From a virus (taxonomy: Duplodnaviria > Caudoviricetes), in IMG/VR virus record IMGVR_UViG_3300033183_000125, positions 1-60,205 of that record: 60,205 nt of DNA; one strand, 5' to 3'. Below the pieces are notes generated by a model. The model searched no databases and was not told where the DNA came from. It saw nothing but the letters and a program-made list of their open reading frames with translations. The first letter of the stretch is position 1, and each line of letters opens with the position of its first letter. A program made the translations under genes and the position numbers. This document shows positions 8,520 through 16,803 of the stretch, piece after piece.

Positions 8520-8571
8520 CCCTGTTTCGCAGTAACTCATCAGGTATGACTACTAGCGTCATACGACAGGG
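8520..8571 (-). ncRNA. Type III hammerhead ribozyme with a loop I-loop II pseudoknot
   Basis: Minus strand CCCUG-UC^-GUAUGAC[gcUAGUA]GUCAUAC-CUGAUGA-G[uUACUG]C-GAAA-CAGGG. Full catalytic core, GUC cleavage triplet, three stems and complementary loops. Confidence 0.88.
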
Positions 8572-8599
8572 AAGGGGACACCGAAGCGTCCCCTTGTGT

Positions 8600-8893
8600 T
8601 CAGTCCCAGAAGTGACCGAGGTTTTGTGCGACGAACAGCATGGCTGACTGCGCTCTGAGGTGGAAGTCAACCGTCGGCTTGTCGTCATGGTCGAGCCAAT
8701 GGTCATGGTATGCCAGCAGTGCGCGGCCATGCTCTGCCAAGCGTGCCGTCCAACTAATGTGGTCGTAGTCGGGATGGTAAGAGTTGGTGTGTTCGGACAA
8801 GAAAATCATCCGTTCACCGAGCCACTTGCAAAGCGTGATGTCGAGTGACACGCAATCCTTACCCATTGGCGTTTCCCAAACTGATGTGTTCAT
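8600..8893 (-). CDS. Hypothetical early protein
   Basis: Start MNTSV at 8893 after AAGGGAG. Ends AQSAMLFVAQNLGHFWD. Confidence 0.75.
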   Translation of the reverse strand: MNTSVWETPMGKDCVSLDITLCKWLGERMIFLSEHTNSYHPDYDHISWTARLAEHGRALLAYHDHWLDHDDKPTVDFHLRAQSAMLFVAQNLGHFWD

Positions 8894-8944
8894 GTTGATG
8901 CTCCCTTCGTTGGTTGTTTGTGGAAAATGAACTAAAAAATGCAC

Positions 8945-8977
8945 AAAAAAAAACGAGGACAGCCGAAGCCATCCTCG
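8945..8977 (-). terminator. Intrinsic terminator
   Basis: Minus strand CGAGGAUGGC-UUCG-GCUGUCCUCG followed by U9. Confidence 0.85.
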
Positions 8978-8993
8978 CTAGTGGTTGGTGATG

Positions 8994-9365
8994 TTAGGCT
9001 ACCATAGCCTGGCCGATTGCAACGATAGCCTCGTAGCAGTCACGGTTGGCTTTGGCTTTCTTGGTGTAGTTAGCCTTGAGAGCGTTGGGGCATTTGCCAG
9101 ATGCTCTTGCATAGGCATCACAAACGGCTTTGGAAGTGTATTTCAGCCGCTTGTATTCGTTGTCCCTTGCACGACGAAGCACAAAGGTTGCGATGTTCCG
9201 AAGGTCTTGGATGTCAACCTCGAACTTGCCGTTGAAGAACGCTTTGATGTCGTCGGCAGAAGTGCGGTTGAGGTCGTAGGACTTACGGCCAACCTTGACA
9301 CCGACGGCAACAGGGTTGGTGTAGTTCTTGGAAGTGAAGGTCTTGGTTACGGTAATTTTCGCCAT
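8994..9365 (-). CDS. Basic hypothetical protein, first gene of the early arm
   Basis: Start MAKIT at 9365 after AAAGGAG. Has its own terminator. Confidence 0.8.
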   Translation of the reverse strand: MAKITVTKTFTSKNYTNPVAVGVKVGRKSYDLNRTSADDIKAFFNGKFEVDIQDLRNIATFVLRRARDNEYKRLKYTSKAVCDAYARASGKCPNALKANYTKKAKANRDCYEAIVAIGQAMVA

Positions 9366-9756
9366 GAGGTTATCTCCTTTGAGGCAGGGTTGATTTGTTC
9401 CGCCGAGCCACTGCGGCAACGGCGACACCATTTACTCCCCCCTACCCCCTTTGGGGGCTTCGACGACGAGGCCAAGTATCTGAAATGATTACCATTACCC
9501 TCTATACCCCTGATTAAATGCTGATATGTCAGAGCATTTCCTAAACATCGTAGGATAGAACACCAGATATAGCCCTCAGAAGGCTACAGAACTATAACAA
9601 AAACAACGACTTAGCTAGACCAGTTGTCACTTATCTGACAGATTGTTGGGGTGGGGGGCGGCAAGGCCGCCCCGCCGACGGCTTCCTGGTTTGCCAGTCA
9701 CCACCATTCCGAAATTTCGTACCTAATTTTGAAAACACTGTCTTATTTTTTAGACA

Positions 9757-9789
9757 GGGACGATTTGCTTACGCATGTCGCGTTATCGT
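9757..9789 (+). promoter_or_regulatory. Putative late promoter (terminase operon)
   Basis: GGGACGA-N20-TATCGT. The motif recurs before other late genes. Confidence 0.6.
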
Positions 9790-9816
9790 TACATCTCAAC
9801 AGTTCATGGGGAAGTA

Positions 9817-10242
9817 ATGAGCGTAGTTAAGAAAAACCCTCACCCAACAAAGGGAATGGGTCTTCCAGCCGTAACGCCGCAACAAGTTGACAGAGTTCGG
9901 CGTAGCGTTCTCGACGTGGTTCGTAAAAACATACCAGCAGTGCGTGAGGTCTTGGAGGGCAACCGTAAATGGGACAACCAACAAGTTAGGTTATTTGGCA
10001 TGATGCTTAACAAAGTCATGCCCGACCTACACCACAGTTTCAATCAGCACACAGTAGAAAACAAAAGCGTCGATGAACTGACAGTCGATGAGCTTATGGA
10101 AATTGCACGTCAGGGCGAGATAATCGAAGGAGAAGTAGAGGATGGCGATAACGAGAGCGGAGGCGGCGAAGAAACTCCTACAGATACAGGAAGTGAAGAC
10201 GGGTTTCAGGGGGTTCGTGAAAGCGTTAGCGCCGAAGTTTGA
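9817..10242 (+). CDS. terS: Terminase small subunit (putative)
   Basis: Immediately upstream of terL. LNKVMPDL motif and LTVDELMEI. Start moved to ATG 9817. Confidence 0.7.
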   Translation: MSVVKKNPHPTKGMGLPAVTPQQVDRVRRSVLDVVRKNIPAVREVLEGNRKWDNQQVRLFGMMLNKVMPDLHHSFNQHTVENKSVDELTVDELMEIARQGEIIEGEVEDGDNESGGGEETPTDTGSEDGFQGVRESVSAEV

Positions 10243-11764
10243 GTTAGCACCATTCCAAGAGGAGCTTGTAGATGCGCTTGACCAGCTTGAGAGAGGGACG
10301 CTCGGCCCTCGACGACTACTTATTACTATGCCACCTCGACATGGTAAGTCGTGGCTTGCGTCTACACTTTTCCCAGTCTACTACCTCGCACGGAAACCAA
10401 ACCGAAATGTCCTTGCCACCTCATACAACCAAGATCTCGCCAAGACATTTGGTCGGCAGACACGCGACCATGCCCGTGAGCCTATCATCGGCCAAGCGTT
10501 TTCTGATTTTGTATTGTCTGAGGAGAGCCGTGCTGTTGACGACTGGCGGACTACGATGGGCGGAACATATTATGCAACTGGCATCGGCGGCTCTACGACG
10601 GGTCGTGCGGCGACGCTCCTCCTAGTAGACGACCCGATCAAAGCCCGCGAAGAAGCCGACAGCGCCACACAGCGCAACAAAACATGGTCATACTATGTCT
10701 CCGCACTTACCACTCGTAAGCAACCAGAGCCAGACGGCACACCTGCCATAGAGATAGTTATCCTAACTCGCTGGCATCCTGACGACGTGGCTGGCCGTCT
10801 CATGGACACGGACGATTGGCGAGAGGGTGCATGGCATCATATTAACTTTCCAGCCATCCGCAAGGTAGATACACATGTCAAGAAATCTGTGGCAGAACTC
10901 CCAGAAGATGACCCGCGCTTCATTCCGCAGGGCCAACTCAGTAAGGTCGCCCCATCAAAAAGACACTACTATGATGAAAGCGAGGAAGCTCTCTGGCCTG
11001 AGAGGTTCCCACTTGAAGAACTCAAAAAGCGAGAAAGGCTAGACCCCCGCGAGTTCGCATCCCTTTACCAGCAGTCTCCGTTTATACAGGGCGGTAACAT
11101 TATCAAGGATAGCTGGTGGCAATGGGACGACGACAAGCCAGACTGCACCCAACTAATTATCGCGGCTGACACCGCGTTCAAGAAAACGGAGCAGGCCGAC
11201 TACTCCGTACTCCTAGTCATGGGGCTTGACCGAAACGGAGACATGCACGTTCTTGATCTTATCAGGAACAAGTACGACTTCCCCGAACTGAAGCGTGTCT
11301 GCGTCCAGGTCAATGCCCGATGGCGCGGTCACGGTCTGCGTGGCCTATACATAGAAGATAAGGCCAGCGGCCAATCTCTGATCCAAGAACTGCGTAACCA
11401 AACGGGCGTAGCCGTAATACCGTACAAGGTCAGTACCGACAAAGTGTCGCGCCTGAACGCTGTAACACCGCTTATAGAAGGTGGCAGAGTATTCCTCCCG
11501 CGATCAGCCCATTGGCTCGACGACTTCATGCTTGAGTGCCAAGCGTTCCCTAACGGCACAAATGATGACCAAGTGGACGCATTAAGCATGGGCCTTGATG
11601 TATTATCACGAATGGGTGGTGCTGTTAGCGACATGTTCACTAGCTCATTAGACATCGGTTCGTCGCTAAATAATCAGTTCCAACCGCCGAAAGACGGCGA
11701 CCAATGGTGGCAACAAGCCGCCAAAAAAGAGGATAAGTGGATGAAGTCTTGGGGTGAACTCTAA
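10142..11764 (+). CDS. terL: Terminase large subunit
   Basis: MPPRHGKS Walker A, LLLVDDPIK Walker B, LTRWHPDD, LYQQSP, nuclease motifs DTAF..DYS and FPNGTNDDQVDA. Confidence 0.97.
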   Translation: MAITRAEAAKKLLQIQEVKTGFRGFVKALAPKFELAPFQEELVDALDQLERGTLGPRRLLITMPPRHGKSWLASTLFPVYYLARKPNRNVLATSYNQDLAKTFGRQTRDHAREPIIGQAFSDFVLSEESRAVDDWRTTMGGTYYATGIGGSTTGRAATLLLVDDPIKAREEADSATQRNKTWSYYVSALTTRKQPEPDGTPAIEIVILTRWHPDDVAGRLMDTDDWREGAWHHINFPAIRKVDTHVKKSVAELPEDDPRFIPQGQLSKVAPSKRHYYDESEEALWPERFPLEELKKRERLDPREFASLYQQSPFIQGGNIIKDSWWQWDDDKPDCTQLIIAADTAFKKTEQADYSVLLVMGLDRNGDMHVLDLIRNKYDFPELKRVCVQVNARWRGHGLRGLYIEDKASGQSLIQELRNQTGVAVIPYKVSTDKVSRLNAVTPLIEGGRVFLPRSAHWLDDFMLECQAFPNGTNDDQVDALSMGLDVLSRMGGAVSDMFTSSLDIGSSLNNQFQPPKDGDQWWQQAAKKEDKWMKSWGEL

Positions 11765-13657
11765 ATGAGATACAAAGACGTAAAGCTCGACAAGAACGAC
11801 TTAGTAGTCGATCTGTCAAATCTGGCACAGCCACTGATGAACTACGAAGACATCTCTGACATGCTCTCTGACGAGCAGGAGATCAAACTTGTAGACTATG
11901 TGCGTGCCTTAACCAAAATGTCTTACGAGCGCATCAGCCGTCGCTACGACCATTGGCGCGACGCAGACCGCGCTCACGACGTATGGGTTCCAGCAGACAG
12001 CACCAAGTTCAGGGAGAAGGCGGTAGTTGCAGACACCCGCGCAATCGCCGACACAGTTCTGACCTACCTTATGGCCGCCCTAGCTGGCCGTAACCCTATG
12101 TTCCAGCTTGAAGGTCTTAACAGAAGGTCTCGTAAAGCCTCACTTATCCTGGAGCGCTTACTACACCAGCACATGCGCCGCACAGCAGGCGAAGCCCGCA
12201 TCGCGCAAATGCTAATGGACAGCATACGCTACGGATTTGCGCCAACTAAAGTCATCTGGGATCCACAGTCAAATACCAACCAGATCATCAACTTCGACCC
12301 ACGTAAATGCTTCCCAGACCCACGAGTTCAGTGGGGCGACTGGGATCGTATGCAGTACGTCGTATTTACAGACCACATCTCAACCAACGCCCTCTACGGT
12401 TCAGGCCACTATCCTAAACTACACAAATACCCTGGCCTCCGCAGTAAGCACACCACCAACTTTAAGTCTGGATGGGACGCACACCGCTGGGTGAAAGAAG
12501 AGGGTAAGGGTCTCAACATTAACCCAGAAGATCCACGCGGCGACGAGAACGGCTACCACTTTACCCTAGACGACACACGCATCGTAGACGAAGCGTGGGT
12601 TCGCTTGAACGGATATGAAGTCGGACTGCCCAACATCGAACAGCTTTGGGTTCTTATAACCGTGCTAGACGAAGACGCTATCATCCGTATGCAACTAAAC
12701 CCATACGGAAGACAGTTCCCTGTAGCCTTTGGCGGTCTCTACAACGACCAGCATAAGACCTACAGCCAGTCCTTATACGACCTTCTTTTACCAATGCACG
12801 AGATTAGCACATGGCTCTTGCGCTCCCGTATCGACAACGTACAGGCCGCTCTAAACAATCTTATCTTCGTAGATCCGACATCCGTAAGCGTACCAGACCT
12901 TATCGACAGAAACCCGTGGGGAGTTGTCCGAACGCTACCAGGTACAAAGCCAGGCGACGGTATATTCATAGCAGAAGTACCAGACGTAACTCGCGGCCAC
13001 TGGAACGACATCCAAGCGATGTCAGACCTCAAACAGAGGGTTAGTGCCGCTTCAGACGCCCAGCAGGGCGTTCCAACAGCCGACGGCATACGAACCGCCA
13101 CAGAAATCCAAAGGCTCACTCAGCTAGGATCACAGCGCCTCGGCGTTCTTGCCAGAGTTCTATCGGCACAGTCAGTTCGGCCACTTGTCCGAATGATGAC
13201 TGCAAACCTACAGGACGCTCTCGAATACGAAGGCTCTCTTCGTATGATGGACGGTCAGGCTCCTGGCGAACTTAGCCGCATGGTCAACGACGGGTATTTA
13301 GACTTCGATGTCTCAATGCTCCAGGGGGACATCGACTACTTAGTAGTAGACGGCACTCTGCCAGTTGAGCCGACCAGAAATGCCGAAACTTGGATGAACA
13401 TGCTCCAAGCCGTTGGCCAGTCTGGGCTTCAGATGGAATACAAGACAGGACGCATCATTGAAGAAGCCATCCGTGCGATGGGCGTATCTGACGTAGACCA
13501 ATTCAAAATCAGCAAAGAGGAGGCCGCACAAGGCCCAACACCATCACAACAGATGGCACTGATGGAGAAAATGCGTGGCGCTTCTGTAATGCCAGAAGAA
13601 CAAATGCAACGTGAAATCGAAAAAGGAAATCTCAGACCAGCAAGGGAGGCCGCATAA
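11765..13657 (+). CDS. Portal protein (podovirus type)
   Basis: Follows terL. 630 aa with R-I-D-N and RTATEI motifs typical of P22/SU10-like portals. Confidence 0.88.
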   Translation: MRYKDVKLDKNDLVVDLSNLAQPLMNYEDISDMLSDEQEIKLVDYVRALTKMSYERISRRYDHWRDADRAHDVWVPADSTKFREKAVVADTRAIADTVLTYLMAALAGRNPMFQLEGLNRRSRKASLILERLLHQHMRRTAGEARIAQMLMDSIRYGFAPTKVIWDPQSNTNQIINFDPRKCFPDPRVQWGDWDRMQYVVFTDHISTNALYGSGHYPKLHKYPGLRSKHTTNFKSGWDAHRWVKEEGKGLNINPEDPRGDENGYHFTLDDTRIVDEAWVRLNGYEVGLPNIEQLWVLITVLDEDAIIRMQLNPYGRQFPVAFGGLYNDQHKTYSQSLYDLLLPMHEISTWLLRSRIDNVQAALNNLIFVDPTSVSVPDLIDRNPWGVVRTLPGTKPGDGIFIAEVPDVTRGHWNDIQAMSDLKQRVSAASDAQQGVPTADGIRTATEIQRLTQLGSQRLGVLARVLSAQSVRPLVRMMTANLQDALEYEGSLRMMDGQAPGELSRMVNDGYLDFDVSMLQGDIDYLVVDGTLPVEPTRNAETWMNMLQAVGQSGLQMEYKTGRIIEEAIRAMGVSDVDQFKISKEEAAQGPTPSQQMALMEKMRGASVMPEEQMQREIEKGNLRPAREAA

Positions 13658-13947
13658 TGGCAAGTCCAGCACCAGAAAGTCTAGCCAGTGCCGCAAACTT
13701 TACAGGCGCTCAAAAAGACTACGTAAGAGCAGAAGCCCAAAAGATAGCAAAGTTATTGGTAGCAGAGCTTCGCGCTGAGTTAATTCAACACATCGGCGAT
13801 GCCGCCACTCCAACAGTAGAAGACAGAGTGTTACTAGACCTCGCAAAGCGAGTGTCTAACTTGGAAGAGCGCTACCAAGAGGACGACAGGTACGCCCTTA
13901 CTTCTGCTAAATTGAAGCATCTTATGAAGAACATGGGGATAAATTAG
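13657..13947 (+). CDS. Hypothetical structural-region protein
   Basis: Coupled to the portal stop (TAATG), RBS GGGAGG. Confidence 0.7.
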   Translation: MASPAPESLASAANFTGAQKDYVRAEAQKIAKLLVAELRAELIQHIGDAATPTVEDRVLLDLAKRVSNLEERYQEDDRYALTSAKLKHLMKNMGIN

Positions 13948-13948
13948 G

Positions 13949-15052
13949 ATGGCTTACACCCGCCCTACTGGTGAGCAGATAAGTTTCCGCTCATTAACCA
14001 CAGGAACTCATCTTTTAGACACCTACCTAGAGAACTGTGAGCTAGGCGGGAGAACCCTGTACGACCTATTGGGTGACATCTTTGACACTAGCGGCAACCC
14101 TGACCCTAACATTTTTGCTTTCCGTATTGAGCCATCAACACAAAAATTCCAAGTCCGCGTCGGTACAAACCCATCTGCGCCGTGGAACGACGTGCCTGAC
14201 GGCACATACTTCCGCCCAACAGGACAATACCAGATAGGCTACGCCTACCAAAACCACGACCTATTCACATACAACGACAGCCTTTACATCGTAAACGGCG
14301 GCCATACATCAGGCACTATCCCAGACCCTAACTACACAATGCTGGCAGTGGCTGGCGTAAACGCCTCTGTTCCGACAACAAAAGTTCAAACAGCAGGGAA
14401 CTACAACTCATACATCAAGTTGAACAGCACTGCATCAGCCTATGAGATTACGTCATTTGCAGACAGCAACATCTTCTACGGCTTGAACACAAACGGCACT
14501 ACCATCGAACTTACAACTGTCGGTAAAGACACAGTTCTTTCCGACTACGCTCTAGTGCAGAGCCTGTACAACTACGCCAACAGCATCACCGACCCACTGG
14601 TGACAGACGGTTTTTGGGACAGAGTATACTCAGCGCCTTTGCAAACTGGGACTGCCCAGAGGGATTTTATCTACGGAGATGTAAATCAAGACGACATGGA
14701 CAGCGGTGCGCCATCATTCACACATGCCACGCCAGATACCGACGACGTAAATGAGCTTGCAAACATCTTACAAACACAGCCTGCACACGTATACGACGGC
14801 ACAGGAACTACACACCCGCAGGACTATTACTGGTTCTGGCTAAACACAATTAAGCCTTACATCACCAGCAACCTAGCCACATACGAGAACATGCTTATCC
14901 CAGATGGCACAGGGACAACCCCCCTATTCAGAGAAGTGGCCACCTCTACGTCAACATCATACGACGTTGACAACTACGACGAGTGGGTAATGGCCAACGG
15001 GAACCTAGACCTAGCGGTGGTCGATAATAAATTAGTGGTGAACATACTATGA
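13949..15052 (+). CDS. Putative tail fibre/adaptor protein
   Basis: T/S/Y-rich. Contains a G.Y....Y...D.......Y module shared with the next two genes. Confidence 0.6.
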   Translation: MAYTRPTGEQISFRSLTTGTHLLDTYLENCELGGRTLYDLLGDIFDTSGNPDPNIFAFRIEPSTQKFQVRVGTNPSAPWNDVPDGTYFRPTGQYQIGYAYQNHDLFTYNDSLYIVNGGHTSGTIPDPNYTMLAVAGVNASVPTTKVQTAGNYNSYIKLNSTASAYEITSFADSNIFYGLNTNGTTIELTTVGKDTVLSDYALVQSLYNYANSITDPLVTDGFWDRVYSAPLQTGTAQRDFIYGDVNQDDMDSGAPSFTHATPDTDDVNELANILQTQPAHVYDGTGTTHPQDYYWFWLNTIKPYITSNLATYENMLIPDGTGTTPLFREVATSTSTSYDVDNYDEWVMANGNLDLAVVDNKLVVNIL

Positions 15053-16794
15053 AGATAGACGTATCAAAACTTGGCTACCGATGGAAGGGTAGAATTAACA
15101 CATCGTCTTCTTACAAGAAAGGTGATGTTGTCCGCGTTGGCGACCAAGCACATGTCTTTACGTCTGACAGCACGTCCAACCATGACGTAAGCAAATCCAC
15201 ATTTGCAGTAGGGCAACTGCAAATGGACACTAAAGGTCAGGTGGCAATAGATAACCCAGTCTTCCCAGCAGGAAGAGAGGGCATGGAGCTACGCTCAAAG
15301 GCCGACACCATCGGCGGCACAGCAACATTTTCAGCAGAGTTCCGCCATTCTCAGGACAGGCAAGGCACAAAGGCAGTAGCCCTTCCTAAAGTGCAAAGGC
15401 ACAAGCGTTACGGGCCGCAAGGCGTCTACGCTATTATGACAGACGGCACTGTTAGGTATGCTGGCCCAAATTACTACGGCGTGAACGGCACTATGGACAG
15501 CAGTACAAACTTCCCAATGTACACTGGCGGCCACGTTCTACCCTTGCCTAAAGGCGTAGTCGCAAAGAAGATGTGGAGCATGTATCTCAGCAACTTCGTC
15601 TTAGACCAAAACAACGAGTTGTGGTCTGCTGGGTACTACTGGCAGGGCGGTACACAGGCCAATTACGGACAAGCCACCGTTCAGCCAGTGTGGCAACGCA
15701 TAGCAAGCACATCAGACATCGGCGACGACGAAATTGTAGAGATGACTGGCGGGTATTGTGTGAATTGCTACGCGGCTGGCACAGTCTCTTATTTCGCACT
15801 CGGTAGGTCTGGCAAGGTATACTCCTGGGGTGACAACACGCAATACATTCTAGGTCATGGCGACAATACAGCCAGGTACAATCCGACACTCATAGAGTTC
15901 ACCCAAGACCACCCAATGAAGTATGTCCACCATTTGGCTGGCCCTTCTCCTTCATGCACCATGATCGACATCGAAGGGAAGATGTGGACAAGTGGTAACA
16001 CACCACAGAACTTTGGCCCAGCAAACAAGACGCAGTTCAGCAAGTACGACCCCTGGGGTTCTGAAAATGCAAAAGTAAAAGAAGCTGGCGCTCTCCATAA
16101 CCAGACAAACTCCTCTTACACAGGAAACTACTACTATATGTATGTAGTTCTGGAGGATGGCCGCCTTTTCCTATCTGGTAATCAGTCTGGCGTTTACGTC
16201 TACTGGAACGGTTCTATAAGAGCAAACGGCTGGAGACTGGAAAGCTATATAAACCCTAACCTCCCAATACTTGAGGGAGTGTCAACGTATGCTGGGTTCC
16301 CTGGTAGTTACACAAACTTCGCCGCAGTCATGCAGGATGGCCGCGTAAGAACAGCGGGTCACAGCCCTATGTGTTCTGGCGGCGCAAACGACGTAGTAAA
16401 CTTTAATTACCTAGTGGACTACAACGGCAATGACATAACCAACGTCGTGGATATTCAACATATCGGAGGTCGTTACGGGAACGCTTACGGCTTTAGGACG
16501 AGCGACGGCGAGATCTATAGTATTGGTTATAATGGTAGTGACTACTTGCGCGGAGATGGCACTAGCAATACAGGCGCGACACAAGCCGTAATGTATCCAG
16601 CAAGGGTTCCTGGAAAGGTAGTAGACTTCTACTATGGAGGCTACAAGACAGTAGACGGAGGTTCTGAGCAGACTTTTGGTGTAGCATTGGCTGAAAATGG
16701 GAATGTGTATGCGTGGGGCTACAACGGCGCTTACAACATCGCAGACGGGACAGGCACTACCAATATTGCTGGGCCAGTCCAGATAAAATTTTAA
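15049..16794 (+). CDS. RCC1/BLIP-II repeat tail fibre or receptor-binding protein
   Basis: Repeats such as GKVYSWGDNTQYILGHG and GNVYAWGYNG. N-terminal Y.KGDVV module. Confidence 0.8.
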   Translation: MKIDVSKLGYRWKGRINTSSSYKKGDVVRVGDQAHVFTSDSTSNHDVSKSTFAVGQLQMDTKGQVAIDNPVFPAGREGMELRSKADTIGGTATFSAEFRHSQDRQGTKAVALPKVQRHKRYGPQGVYAIMTDGTVRYAGPNYYGVNGTMDSSTNFPMYTGGHVLPLPKGVVAKKMWSMYLSNFVLDQNNELWSAGYYWQGGTQANYGQATVQPVWQRIASTSDIGDDEIVEMTGGYCVNCYAAGTVSYFALGRSGKVYSWGDNTQYILGHGDNTARYNPTLIEFTQDHPMKYVHHLAGPSPSCTMIDIEGKMWTSGNTPQNFGPANKTQFSKYDPWGSENAKVKEAGALHNQTNSSYTGNYYYMYVVLEDGRLFLSGNQSGVYVYWNGSIRANGWRLESYINPNLPILEGVSTYAGFPGSYTNFAAVMQDGRVRTAGHSPMCSGGANDVVNFNYLVDYNGNDITNVVDIQHIGGRYGNAYGFRTSDGEIYSIGYNGSDYLRGDGTSNTGATQAVMYPARVPGKVVDFYYGGYKTVDGGSEQTFGVALAENGNVYAWGYNGAYNIADGTGTTNIAGPVQIKF

Positions 16795-16803
16795 GAGGGC
16801 AAC

